This document shows positions 20,899 through 34,599 of a DNA stretch of 64,000 nucleotides, piece after piece. The DNA lies in NCBI RefSeq assembly GCF_009914755.1, contig NC_060925.1, one strand, 5' to 3'. The notes beneath the pieces were generated by a model, which saw nothing but the letters and a program-made list of their open reading frames with translations, did not search any database and was not told the DNA's origin. The stretch is from the human T2T-CHM13v2.0 reference genome, Homo sapiens. How positions within the stretch are numbered: the first letter of the stretch is position 1; the number at the start of each line of letters is the position of its first letter. Both the position numbers and the translations under genes were made by a program.

Positions 20899-23797
20899 TA
20901 ACACCTCTTCTAACAAACCAAGAGAGATTTATAGAGGAAGGGAGAACAGAGGCTTGTTAATGCTTCTCTCCTTTACTTGACCCCTCTACCAGACACAATG
21001 TCTAGGATTATCTTGGATTCAGCCTTGAGCATAAGTTGAGCTAGAGAAGGGCACATTGTCAGACTTCCACCTACAGGCCCAACCCAATCCCCACCCCCAG
21101 GGATGCACTAGGCAGGCAAGACAACTTCACTCCGCAGCTCTAGAGTCTACCTTAGGATAGAACTAGTTCTTTGAGTTGCACTTCCTCACGCTTCACCTTA
21201 TTGGAACAGACTTCTTGGAAAAATCCAGTTGGCTTCAAGGAACTTCAGGAGGGCATTGTGCTCTGGGGAGGCCCTGGGGAAGTGTTGAAATGTGACCAAT
21301 ATGATCTTGAGAGATCAAGCTTGAGAAAACCATGTGAACTGGAACTGACCAGGCAAGCTGATAAAGGTTGTCTCTTCTTTAGTCTTTTGGGAAGCTGTTA
21401 TGTATGTTTTTGTGTGGTTGATAAGTAAGAAAAGATATTTGGAGTGTAACTTTTAAACACCAAATAACCTGAATGCAGATGACCATGAGCACTTATATGA
21501 GCAGTTTTATCTGGTGATAATGTAATTGTCCCCAAGGACTTTGTCAAGCCCTGCAAGACAATCAAGTTAGCAAGCACATCCCACTGGAAGGTGATCCTAG
21601 AATGGTTAGTGATTCCCTTTTTACTTTCCTTACAGAATGATGAGTTTGAGTGAAGCTAAGGGGAAAGACAAAGGGGAACTGATATATATATATATATCCA
21701 GCGTAATATATTTCTTTCCTGGCACTGTCTCATTTAACTATAAAGTTTACTTTGTTAACCCAATTTTACTGATTAAAAAATGGAATCAGAGGTCAAGCAA
21801 TTTACTCAGCTTGTCAAGAGAATGAACTGTAAATAGAACCCAAGAAATATTCTGAAATACATACTCTTTCTCCAAAGTGGTAACCACTTGTTCTTGTTGA
21901 TATAAAGGAATTATGATTTAATACAATGTTGGTCTATGCAGACTTTCCTCCAATGGACATTTCGAGCTTAAGAAACATATTTGTAAGTGGCTTTTTAATC
22001 TTCATTTCCATTCCACGGTAGAAACCATATTTGGATCCTTCTAGAATTCAGAAGGGTGGCACAGGGAGTGGTGTATGGAAAGCAGAGTGGAAATCACATC
22101 TGGGAGGACTGAGGTCTGAGTGGGGTGGGACAAAGGCACTTCTGGTCCCCTACTCTGGAGTTTCCTGGAAAGGATCTCTGGAGTTTGGATGAAGTTTAGC
22201 TTGTGAATTTGTGGTGTATGGTAACAACTCGCAGGGTTACCAACAGATGGTGAGAAGGAACTGAGAGGAAATTCAGAGCATGTACTTGTTATAGAGTCAG
22301 TGAGTATGAGGAGGGCAGGGAAATCACTCAAACTGAGTGACTGAATTAGATAGCATAAACAAACATACTGTTGTACCATGAGAGGAGGGGATAGGGAAAG
22401 ACAATTTAGGTGTCAATTAAAAAAAAAAGCACTTTTGACAAACCCAGCTGTGCCTCTTGCAGTGAGATATGCTAGTCCCACACCCATGCTAGCATTTTTC
22501 ACGGTAAGTGCTGGATTCCTTGCTCAGGGTTTGGATGCCTGCAGCCTCTGCTTCCCGGCCTTCTGCAAGCTCCACCTGCTCCAGCGGCCTCTACAGGAAT
22601 GGAAAGAAAATTGGTCGGAATCCACTGCTGGGTCCTGGAATCAACTTCCCAGTTTCCAGACAAGAAACTCTGGAGAAAACAAGTGAATCTCTCTCAAGCC
22701 TTGGCACACACTGTACACCATCTCGTAATCGCGAAAGTTATCACCATGTTGGAAAAGCCCACGCCCTTCTAATTGTGCAACCTCTGTAACTGCCCAGACC
22801 ATAACACTTTCCCTAGTTCCACGCCCCATGCTTGAGTGTGACGGTACCACTGTTAAGTCTTGCCTTTCCAAGCTCCCACTTTCTTTGCTGACCAAGTGAG
22901 ACCCAAATTGCTGGACTCCGCACCTCTGCGGTCCCGGCACTCTTTGACCTTAAGAATCAGAAGCTCAGGCAGGGGCTTTTCTGAAGGAAGAAGTTTGGTT
23001 GGATCCATCCCCTCGCTGCAAAAGCCGAGGAATTCTGAAGCAATGCAGGATGTTTCCCCTTCCATCAAGAAGTTTCCAGTATCGCCGGATACATTTAAAT
23101 GGCAGCCTAGAATAATCTCGTGCTAAGGATTTTGTTCCTGACCCAGGTTGAAGCGGAGGAGAGGGTGTAAAGGATGCAACTGCAAGTGTTCAGCTAGTTT
23201 CACAAGGTGCTTTGTGGCCTACTAGCGCCGGGATCGTCGTTCTGTTGGCCCCGAGGCTGGACAGAATTGATTCCAATGGATGGAGTCCCAATAGTTTTGA
23301 ACTGGAACTGGCTCAAATTTCCATTTCAATTACAGAGAGGAAGAGATAGATTAGACCACCTACCCGAGATTATTTCCCCTGCCCCACTCCTTTCTTAAGA
23401 CCGGATCTCCCTGTTACATTCTTCTAAGGGCACCGACTATACCCTGGCGGGGCACTCCAGGACCCCTGGGTTGGGACAACGTGCTGTAAAGAAAATAAGT
23501 GAAAAGGTTCTTCAGTGAACTCTTTTTATACAAAGAGCCGTAGATTCCGATATCCAGGCCAAACTCTCCAAAAAGCCCTCCTTTCCTCTGGGGCAAGGGT
23601 GGGAGGTTGCCCGGGGGGGTGGGTGGGGGGTAGGTTGGATTACCCAGATAATTGCTTCGGCTTTCGTTTTCCTCCGCGATAAAAACCGCGCCACGCCAGA
23701 TCGAGATACTCTCATAGTGATTGTGAATCAATCGCCATCCTGCTCTAGGGGCTGATGTTGATGTCTTAAGTAGTTATTCACACGTGCAGCAGAAAGG

Positions 23798-23833
<36 letters not shown>

Positions 23834-24349
23834 AAGGCACGACTGCTCACCTATTCAGGTTTGCTTTTTTAAAGCTTCGATCAACACGACGCTCCCTGGT
23901 AATTCCTATGGCTGTACTGAAATTTAACCCGTCTGTTTCTAATACAAAGCGCTCGGGATGAGGGCGGGTGGAGCCTACGGGCGTGGGCGGGTAGCCCAGC
24001 CCTCTGAGCCAGGGAATGAAACTGGAGTTCTGGCTAAACTTTTCAGAGAAAGGCAAAAGCAGCTTCTGATGGGTTTTTCGGCTGGGAGGGGCGGAAAAAT
24101 TAGGCAGACCCGGAGCTCCCGTAGGCTGAAAAACTTGCTCCTCTTCCCCCTCGGGCTATCCTGGCCTAGTAATGGAGATCTGAAAAAAATCTAGACTTCT
24201 TTCGGGGTCTAAAAGGTAGATATGTGGGACGAAAAAAGTAATTGTCCTGGTTTCTTAAAAAGCACCAAAAAGTGGGAATGGAAGAGAAGACGGGAGAAAT
24301 TGTTTCGAAGGAGGAAGGTATTGCAAGTTTTGTGCAAGTTTGGGTGGGT

Positions 24350-25400
24350 CATCTACCCAGGCGCGCGGGGAAAGATGTGTCTGCCACACCTTTTGCGAGC
24401 CCAGGAAACTTGAACCGCTCCTGAAAATCCTGATATTTTTTCCCGCTGCAGCCCGCACGGGTCAAGCGCGCGGGGGCTGACCAACACTTTCCAGGTCAGG
24501 TCGAGTTGATTGCTCCCAGCTCACGCTCCGAAATGCGGTGCTGAACCACGGGAAGGAGGGGGTGGGGAGGAAGGCAGGCAGTTGCATCCTCGCGAGTGGG
24601 GAGTGCGAGGCCTCCTCAGCTCCAGCCAGCTGGGTGAATGGGGCGCGCACGGCCCCGTAACGCCGAGCGTGGATAAAATATGCTAGGACTGCGCTTCTCC
24701 GGCTCATCAAGGCTGCGGGAGCCTCCCCGAGCCATCATCCTTCGTAATTGCAACCGTCAATCAACACTTTAAGACAAAGTCAGAACCGGGAAGGGCGAGC
24801 CCTGGAGACCTGTCTCGTCGGAAAGAAGGAGGTGGAGGGGAGGTGGGGGAAAAGGAGAGAAGTTTGCCAGAAGTTGGCAGAGGGAGTGCAAAGAAATTGA
24901 GAACGCGCAAGGTAGTTGAGCAGAGCTGTCCCCCGGTCTCACCACAGACTCCCAGGCCTCCCGGGTTCTAGTCTCTGGTCTCCGCCACCAGTTACAATTC
25001 CCGCAGCGGTAAGTACGGGGTGGGTTCCTAAGTGTGCTTACACTAAGAGGTACAGTGGCAGTTGCTAAGATGTCCCCGGCGGAGGATGAGATGCGTCTGT
25101 CCACCCGCGGTAGGTGTATTTATGGGTCAGTGCAGACCACCGCTGGCGCCGGCGTTTAGACCACACAGACCCGGTTCCACCTACTTACATCTCAACTGCT
25201 TTCCCTTCCCGCAGCCACTTGGCTGTCTTCATATTGTGGCCTCGGGAACCCAGAACCATTCTCAAATAACCCATCTTAGACACCGCAAACTCGGGTTCCT
25301 CCTCCCACAGCTTCCTTTCGGAGAGGGCTTTCTGGGGGACGCCCAGACCCGTCCAAGGTCACTGAGCTAGCGGGTCCCCGGCTTCAACAGGGGTCCCTTG
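24350..25400. promoter_or_regulatory. CpG island 2 (intron 1)
   Basis: GC- and CpG-rich; NR5A motifs TCAAGGCTG (~24707) and CCAAGGTCA (25353-25361); donor-like GCG|GTAAGT at 25009. Confidence 0.75.
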
Positions 25401-27449
25401 CCCAGCAGAATTGAAGGGTCAAAGGACCAGAGTGAGTGCTCAGAGGGAGGAGGGAGTTCTGAGGGAGAAGAAAGGGTGCACTTGGAGGGCAGTAATGAGC
25501 TTGACGCTGGAAGCCTGGTGCCGCCGCCCCTGCCTCTGCCTCTTGGATGGAGACCCAGCTGCTTCCTTAAATCCCTTGCAGAGCTACCTGAGGAAGGTTT
25601 GTGTGCCCTCGGGTCTCTGGCAAGAATCAATTCCAGTGGAAGATTCCTTGCCTTGTCCACTGCTGGCGGGGATCTTGACATCCTTCCAGGGGATCTGAAA
25701 TAGGGCTGCCCCCAGGGAGCGTTTCCCATCGTCGAGTTAAAGGCCTGGAGCGCCGAGGGCTTAGGCTTCTGAGCTAGGAGTTCCCTTGGTTCTTAGGAAA
25801 GGTCGTTTTCTCTCGCTCGAGACTTTCTGCTCTTTCAGTCCCCCTCCATTTCGCTGCTACGCTTAGGTTTTGGCCTGGACTAGACTTTCAAAGCAAAGGA
25901 AAGGGCTTCCCTCCGTGATACAAGCTCCTGCGTTAATTTTTTAAAGCATGGATTTTTAAAACCCAGTCCCCAGCCACCGTTCCCTCCCGCACCCCTCCCA
26001 TTTTGTGAGGATTTTTCTTTCCTGGAAAGTCCACCTGTGGAGAGATAAATGAGTGCCAGCTGGCCTTTTGCCACCACCACTCTCCATCTTTCGGGGATGT
26101 GGTGGGAGGGTAGACTGGCATGGACCAAGAAGTCGCTAGTGTGGCCTAAGCAAGTCCCTTCTGGCCCTGGCAGCTGGCGTTATGAGCATGGTCACAAAGC
26201 TTGTCTCACTAGGTCAGCCTCAGCCTCAGGTTCAGCCTCAAGCCAAGGCAGGGTTTCTTGATACACTACAATTTCAAGGTCCTGTCAGACCCTCTTTCAA
26301 CTTCTTTCAACTCTCCTAACTTCCCCCGGCTTCACCAAGCAGAGGTGAAATCACCACCACACACTAGGGGTTGGAGGTTTCCTCTTAGGACCAAGCGTTT
26401 GGAGTCCTGCATCCTTGCCATGCTAGGGTCTGGGAAAGGTGCTGTATCATAAGTGCACCCATAAATTCTTCGCATTGCTGTGGGAGGAGGTTCTTCTTAA
26501 TTAAGGCTTTGAAATAAACTGATTTTCAAAGTTCACGAGCAAAGCAGGGCAACCACTGCAGTGAGCCCTGAAACTGACTCCCTTTCTTTATTTTCTTAGT
26601 TCTCAGTGATACTTAAAACAACTAGGAATACTGAAATGTAGTGACAGTGATACTTGATACTATCACAAAAATTGGAGCTTTTGGCAACTTCAGCCCACTT
26701 CTCCATACAAACTAATGGACAGGCCTTCATAAGTTTAAATGTTTCCACGAAACCTGAAGTTGCTACTAAAGCTGAAGTCTAAATAACTTTGATCCTGAAT
26801 ATATATTGAAGAGCAAAATGACAAATCAATTAAGAGTCAGTAGTACCTGAATTGCCAGGTGTGGGTGGGTGATGAACAACCCATTTTATGTACATTATGC
26901 ACTGCAAAGATTGGAATAATTTCCAAGTCACCAAATACCGGATTGGGCAGTTTCAATGTGTAATCTCTATACCATTCAAATAGAATAAACTTAGATCTTT
27001 TGAGATTCAAATTCACCCCCTTGTGGGTGGACTCTGATAATTACTTCGTTGCACAGCAGATTCTAAATATGAGGCATTTCGCATGCAGTCAGGAGGCTGG
27101 AAAGAATGTTTTTCATCTTGTTGGGAGGAGATCTGAAAACTTTGAAGATGCGGCTGGGCTGGTGGTCGAAGAGCTTGCGTAACAGATGGTTCTTTAAAAC
27201 ATTTTTTAAATGCTGGGCCTCGGCCTCAAGTGGATGGTCCCATCAGACAACAGAATGAAAAAGTACAGCCTGGACTGATCCTTGTATTCCGTGTGGAAAC
27301 ACAGGTCACTAAAACTGGAAAGTCTGTCGCTTAGATGATCTTGGGCTCCAGTCGAGGGTCTTTTAAAAGTGAACGAAGGGACTAGGGAGCAGACTGGGGA
27401 AAGAGGAGTCGCTGCCCCTTCCTCTAATTCTATGAGTGAGCTCTTGGCT

Positions 27450-28950
27450 TGTGGCCCGCCTCTCATTGAGCTGACCCTCGGCCCCTTCAGGGCGCCGGGG
27501 CCCACGTGTCGCCTCTTCAGGGTCTCAGTGCCCTGGGGAGTTGAAGCTGGAGGACCCTTGACCGCAGACCAACTCTGCATGTAAGAACGGTCAGCTAAAT
27601 TTTCTCCTTTCAATGGTTTAAGTGGGTGTTTAACTCCCTTCATCTCCTCATCCGACACACTAGCAAGGGCACACGCCCACCCGCGCCCCCATCCCTTCTT
27701 CTTGCTTCCCCTCAGATCGAGGAAATTGCCGCTCTGGCTGCTTCTCCTTCGCCGCCACGCTCAGACAGAGGTCGCTTCTGACTAGCTGTAAGACCCGGCT
27801 GCATTTACATCCCCCCGCCCCGGGCCAGGGTGGGGTGGGAGGGGGTGAGGCGGGGTGAAGAGGTTGGGGCAGGCCGGGGGACTGGAGCCTGAGCCTCATC
27901 CTTATTGGCTGGCGGCTAGTGTCCGACCTGAGTCCGGAACCCGCGTCCGCATTCACTGTCTTCACCCCTCAATCCAGCCTTCCCCCAACCCCTGGCCCTA
28001 CTTACCTCCTTCTCCCCCTCGTCTTCCCCCCTGTCCTTCCCAGCACCGTCACCCTCGGGGCTGGGAAGGGCCGTTCTCGGTCCCGCGCGGGGAGTGGACC
28101 AGGCAGGAGAGGGAGGTTGGAACTTCACAACTCCACACTTGCGATAGTGAGCAAGAGAGAGGCAGAGAGAGATAGGGGGAAGGGGCGGAGAGGAGGGGAG
28201 AGAGAAGGGAGGCGAGAGAAAGAGGAGAGAGACCCCTGCCGATCCTGAGCCAGAGGGCGGTGGAGGGAGGGGAAGGAGTCGCCCGAGCCGTCCGGGAGCA
28301 GTGGCAGCGGCACAGCCGGGGCGGCAATAGCAGCCCCGCGGTCGCCTCCGCTGCCCGCCGGGAGCTCGGCGGTTCACGGCTCCGCGCCCCGGGCAGCTGC
28401 GTCCTCGCCACCGCCGCCGCCTGCGCCCTTGCGGAGCCGAACCAGAGGGCCGGGACGCTGTCTTCCTCGCCTCCTTTTTTAACCCTGACCTCCTCCTCGC
28501 AGCTTGGGGGCGGCTCCGGAGCTGCGAGACCGGACAGGGCTCAGAGGTCCTGCCCGGCAGCCCCGAGGAGGCGGAGGCACGCTCCGGCGAGGCGAGAGGG
28601 TTGGGTTAGCAGGCATCCCGGTCGCCCCTTCCTTCTTTTCGCCGGAGTTGAATCTGTGCTGCCCGTGTCCAGGTGCTGGGCTTCCGGACCGACACGGATC
28701 CCCCATCCCCGCCCGCGGTCGCCTTGTCATGCTGCCCAAAGTGGAGACGGAAGCCCTGGGACTGGCTCGATCGCATGGGGAACAGGGCCAGATGCCGGAA
28801 AACATGCAAGGTAAGGAGGCGCCGCGCGGCGCTCCGGCTCCCGCTGCTTCCCCACCCCCGGGCTCGCCCTGCAGGCTTCAGCCTCCCGCCCCGCGCGGGC
28901 GCGGGAGTAGCCCCGCTGGGCGCTCGCAGCCGCGGGAGTCAAGCCCCCTC
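27450..28950. promoter_or_regulatory. CpG island 3 spanning exon 2; probable internal promoter
   Basis: Dense CpG; E-box CACGTG 27503-27508; GC box ~27813; reverse CCAAT (ATTGG) 27904-27908; G-run cluster 27822-27880; GA-rich leader 28150-28232. Confidence 0.85.
28673..28810 (+). CDS. NR5A2: NR5A2 exon 2, symmetric 138-nt cassette exon (46 aa)
   Basis: Acceptor ...gtgtccag|GT, donor AAG|GTAAGG; encodes GAGLPDRHGSPIPARGRLVMLPKVETEALGLARSHGEQGQMPENMQ. Phase 1-1, so skipping keeps the frame, consistent with the known shorter isoform. Confidence 0.97.
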
Positions 28951-29679
28951 CCCAGGTGCAGGCATAAAAGTTTATGGCTCTTGAACAATGCGGGGCAGAG
29001 GTTTTTCCAAGCAACGTCTAATTGGCCGCTTCTAATTAAGGAAAGAGAGGCTTCCAGCTCTATGGCAACCCAAGCAGGGCAGCTTCAGGCTAAAGGTACT
29101 TTAGAATAATAAGATCATTCTAAGAAATGGAATGTCTCACTGGACACCCGAACAGGTTCTCTGTCATTGGAATTGGTGTGTACTGTACTTCAACCAGTAC
29201 TCTTGTGTGGAGGGAGGCGACCCAGTCTAGGAAAGTCAACTACAGAAAGAGGTGACCTCCGAAAGGATTGTCTTAGCGCTATTAGAATACATGTGACCAC
29301 ACCAAAAGCCCAGGCGGACACCCGCAGCCAGCTCGGATTTGGACAATTCAACATTGCTGGCAGAACTGAAGGGAACAAGTTACCCCAACCCCATCCCCTG
29401 TACGCGTAGTGCTGAGTGAGTTGGGGGTGGGAGGACAGCGGTTCGTTTATTGCCCCCTTTTAAAATCTGAGATCTGAAAATATGGAGGTCCCATTCGTTT
29501 TCCCAGCTCTTGATTGCCAACAAAAAAACAAATCCCGCTGGCTACATTTTCTCCTCATTCCAAAATAGCAACCCTATGGCTTGTATTAAGCCCTTCAGAA
29601 GTTTATCTCATTTGCTCTGGGCCAGGGAGGGAACAATGCTAGGAAAAGTCACCGGTGCTCTTCCATCCTCGCCCCTTCC

Positions 29680-31960
29680 AGGGTGCAGGATGTGCGGGCC
29701 GGCGGGCCTGTGATCCCGGAACGCTTCCTGCCATCCCCTTGCGCGAACTTGAAAGGACTGGGAGGTGTTGAGAGCAGAGTTCAGGGCTGGTGCACTCTGC
29801 GGTGCTGAGTGGGCGGCGCGCCCGGGCGCTCAGGCCGGGGGACCTGTAGTCGCCCTACCGCGGAGGGGAAAATACGTAGCTGGAGGGCGTGCGCCGTGCG
29901 GGTTGTGATCCGTTACCCCATCGGTCATCCTGGGGTCTCCCCAAGCCTCTAGGTAGGGCTGTGAGAGTCCCCTAGAGCTGAAGCCCCGGAGGCTGACCTG
30001 TGGGTCTGGCTGCTATGGGAACCCGGTTGGTCCAAAGAAGCCTTTCTTCCGGGCACCTGGAATTCCAGTTTAGTGTGGGGCATCGGGGAAGTGGCGCTGG
30101 GGGGCTGGGTTGGGGGACCTCAGCCGGCAGCTCCGGAGAGGGCCTACCCTTGGGGTCGCTGGGTGAGGCCGGCACGATTCTTGGCTCCAAAAGGAAAGTT
30201 TCTGCTTCTTGTTCTGGCGCGAGAAGCCAAAGACTTATTTTGAGAGCGGAGAGAGAAATGTTATTGGTAACGTTTTCTTTGGAAAGTTCGAGAGGGGTCT
30301 TCTGGACACACTACCTAGTGCCCCCAAACCAGAGAAGTAGTTTTTCTTTGGTGCCTGGGCTCAGAAGTCGCCACTCACTCAGCCCATGGTTCGAAATCAG
30401 CATGGGAAGCGCCGGGGCAAGGCTTCGTCGGAGACTAGAGGCCTGCCTGTCGGGAGGAGCCCCTGGGGGATGGGGACCCCATTCTCCTGCTTGCTCTGGT
30501 TCCCACCTGGGACGCCTCCGTAGGAGCCCAGAAAGACGATCCACTACATGGTCCCGGGACAGAGCAGCGCGCCCAACTTTGAGGGAACTTTGTGCGCCTC
30601 TCTGAGGCCCTAGCTTTCCAAGGCACCGCCGTCCGTTCTTCTTTCCCTAGACCGAAACTGGGGAAGAGTGTGGGCGCTTCTTTGCCCCGATGAGTTCGCC
30701 TCCCCAAACGCCTACTTCGGCTGCACCAGAGCATCTGGGAAACTCTGAAAGGTGCCCAGGCCTCACACAGCAGCGTCTCCCTACTCAGCCTCTGTCTTTG
30801 GGTTTTTTCAAGAGAGTCTCTACCTCATGCCTCGGTCTTTCTTCGATGTCGGGTCCCCGAGGTAGGCACGGAGTCCCTCTGAAAGCAGTTGCCTATCTGT
30901 GCCCCTTTGGTGTAAAGTTAGAGTTTACTTTGTTGGGGGAAGGGGAGGTAGAAAAGATCACAGTTGGGAAAGTGCGCTTTTCGCCTTGTTCCTAAAACAT
31001 GCCTCAAGACTGTCATCGCGATTGTTAGGAGAGCTATCAACGTCTAGGGGCTATAAAGGAATTTCTGAACCCTCGGCCCTTCCCAAACCCCCAGGTTCCT
31101 AAAACCCTAGTGGGGGTCTCTTGGGGCTGGGATTCAGGCTGGCACCGCTGGGAGGACCTCGCCTAGCATCCCTTTATTAATATTTCACGAAGGCAGGCTC
31201 CTGCCTTCTCTGGAGCCTCTTTTCTCGGAATGTTCCCAAACTCTGGCTAACTCACTCCCCTGTGAGCCATCCTAGGGCTCTGTGGCCCGGGAAGAGACGC
31301 GTCAACTCCGCGGGTCTGCGCGCAGTCCTTAGCCGCAAAGTGCTGCAAGTGACCCCCCTGACGGCCCTTTCCGACCGAAGAGCTCGGGAACCAAAGAGAA
31401 AAAAAATAACTTTATTTTCAAAAGAACAAGTCATCACTGCGGCGATACTGTGGCGGAGGACTTTGGCGATGGGGTGGGGGCTATTTCTCTTTCCTTTTTG
31501 GTAAACAAATCAGAGGAAACTTCTGCCCGGCCGTGGCTTTCCATCCCCCACCTGCCCCACCCCCTGCAAACGCCACTGATTAACTTAAAACAAACTCGGC
31601 TGCGTGTTTGTGCGCCGTTGGGTAGCAGGAGGTAGAGCCTAGGCGAGAGCCTGGTGCGCCCACGGGTTTCGCCGAAGAGTGCCCGGGGGAGTGCGGGCAG
31701 GGTCCCGGCTGCGCAGACCTGCGGGTGCCCGCCCACCCGCGCCCCGCGCTCCCATACTTGACCTGTGTGGATGTGGAGTCTCCGGGAAATACCGGATCAG
31801 GCACTTCCTGGGGTCTCCTGGTCACTGCCCTTCCTGTGCATAGTTTGTCATCTTTTTAGCTGCGAAGACGCCTTCGTGGGTCTGCGTCCGGAGCAAGGCG
31901 GTTACCCGATCCCGGCAGTGAGCCGCGCCGCGCGTCGTGGCGGCCTGATTTCTGTTTAAC
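29680..31960. promoter_or_regulatory. CpG-rich region(s) in intron 2; probable alternative promoter upstream of exon 3
   Basis: CpG-dense at 29690-29900 and 31280-31950; GC boxes ~31725-31748; donor-like GCA|GTGAGC at 31918; an in-frame ATG is available in exon 3. Confidence 0.7.
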
Positions 31961-32757
31961 TTTAATAGGGCGATCTCGAGGTGTTTATATTTTGCTATGA
32001 TGATCGGAAACATGTGAGGTTCATTACAGGGCTTCAATACTTTGAAACCAAAACCCTTCTGTGTGTCTTTTACTCTTCTGGTATTTTTCCCCGTACGGGC
32101 GTCCTCTATTTTCTTTTTCCTTCTTTTTATTTTCACAGATTTTCAAACGTAAGGAGATGAAAGTATCCAGAATAGAAAAGTACTGTCAATACGGAACTGA
32201 ATGTTTCGATTATCTAACAGATCTGAAAGTTGGGAGCCTCAGGCTGTTTAGTTAAAGTGGGCTGCTGCTGAGAAGCGGGTTTCTGGGGCTTCAGTTTCTC
32301 TGTCGGACAGAGTTTGCAAATTGGTGCTGCTGTCCCTGTAAGCAAGGTGCACTTGCAGCAAACCACTTCAAGAGGGAGGGAATAAAGCCTGCGCTTGTTT
32401 CTCTACCTTAGGCGAAGGTGACATTTTGGAATTTAACTTCATAGGGATTTAAAAGAAATTCTAAACTGTCACCTTATGCAATTCATGTCTCTATTTGTTG
32501 CTTTGTGGAGTTATGAGACTTGTGTTTAAAAGCGGTCAGTTTAAAATGTTAACAAAAGAAGTTGGAATTGTTTGTGGCACATGGAATTATATGAGGTCCA
32601 TGCTTATTGATGACAAAAGATGTTTTACTTGTAAAAATAGTTCAGTAAGACCTTGCTAAAAATTGTTTTTATTTTATATTTTACCATGTGATATTTGCCC
32701 AGCAATCACCAAAATGCTTTTTGTTGCAGGATTAACACCTACATGTAAATTAATTGA

Positions 32758-32928
<171 letters not shown>

Positions 32929-34457
32929 TGAAAAATATAATGTCCAACACCAAAATAAACCAGTGGATTACTTCTTTTAAGCTAAATTTAGGCTCCTTTT
33001 TTAAAGACTCAACTAAAAATGAGGGAGAAAGAGAGAGTCTTAGGGAGATGATTCTTAGAAGTGTGTGTCTGATTTAGTTCAAAAGGCAAAGAAATTTATG
33101 CTGTTTAGAAAACTTTGCCAGTCTCATGGTTCTAAAATACTTTATTGTAGTAAAGTGATATAGCTGTAGAAAGACTTCCATTTCTAACAGTCCTAAATAT
33201 TGATTTTGCTTGACTTATATATATTTAAAGCATCGTTGTTCTTGAAAGGGAATATGACAAACTATTTCCCAAATACATTTTAACTTCAGAGTATTTCTGT
33301 GCTATAAGTCTAAACATTCTTTATCCACAGACATAAAAGCCTAAATTCCCAACTGTGTGATTTCATCTTGATTTATTCCAAAATAATTTTAAGGATTTTT
33401 TGAAATTTATATCATAAAGACCAAGAAATCAGATTTTAGTTTTTAATATAATAATTTTTATAAATATATGACCTATTTAAGTGCATGGATTTTAATATGT
33501 AAAATATGCTATATTGTTACCAAAAATATAAATTATACTTTAAGAATTTATCTCAGGACTTTTTAATACATTCCCAGTAAATTCAATATTCACTATTTTT
33601 CAAAGTTTTTTTTGTTTGTTTGTTTTTGTTTTTAAGTGGAAAACTCAGTACAATTACTTAAACCACCACCAGGAAAATCCCTCCATTCTCTATAACAAAG
33701 TAAGAATGTTTCTCTTTGTGGCAAGTGGGTTAAATATGAATACTATCCTGGTAAATCTCATATTATAAAGCTACACATTTTATTTTTGATTAATTCTTTT
33801 ATATAAAATATAAGGAAAGCTCATACCCTGTGTGCTACAATTCAGCTATCTGTGATACATGCTTTTTCCTTCCATTAGTTTTGCCTTTTTAAGAACAGTT
33901 CCCATACTTGAATGTATTCCAGTGGAATTATGAGCATTTTCCCATTTTACTCTTTAAATCCTTTTGCTTTTAACTATCCAGTGTTGACATTTGTTAAAAA
34001 AAAAAAAAAATCTGAGGTGTTTTGCTATTCAGTTTTTTCCACTGGCATTTTGCAATGGTTTATCCCTGAAATTATATCAGACTACTTAAAAACAATGCCA
34101 GGACTTCATGAGTACCTCTATCAGGAACATGTGGGATAATAGGAAAATAGATTAAAAAAAAATTTATCTATATAGAGTGTATTTTTTCTGACTGTTGGGA
34201 TAAAATGGTGGGTAGCCAAATCTCCCCAGGATTTGACGTAATTCTTCAAGAATAAAACTGATGCCAGAAAAATCTCCACCATGGCCTGGCACAGTTTGGG
34301 AAGGTTGATGTTGCTGAAATGTAAAATAAACCACAGAACCACATAAGGGCTCAAATAGTGCAATGAGAGGATTTACTGGTGATTTTCTTAAAATGAAACA
34401 ATGGAAAAGACGGGTGTTAGATTTATAATACGTCTCACTATTTTCTCTGTCTTATAG

Positions 34458-34599
34458 GGATTTTTTAAGCGAACAGTCCAAAATAATAAAAGGTACACAT
34501 GTATAGAAAACCAGAACTGCCAAATTGACAAAACACAGAGAAAGCGTTGTCCTTACTGTCGTTTTCAAAAATGTCTAAGTGTTGGAATGAAGCTAGAAG
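34458..34599 (+). CDS. NR5A2: NR5A2 exon 4, second zinc finger
   Basis: Acceptor ttttctctgtcttatag|; encodes [47 protein letters not shown]; donor AAG|GTAAGA. Confidence 0.98.

Noticed and set aside
28504-29109. 201-aa ORF
   Set aside because: It is exon 2 plus open flanking intron, and it starts at a non-ATG codon.
32470-32750. Oct/Sox-like words (ATGCAATT, ATGTAAAT, CTTTGT) before exon 3
   Set aside because: Imperfect, not in composite spacing, and common in AT-rich DNA.
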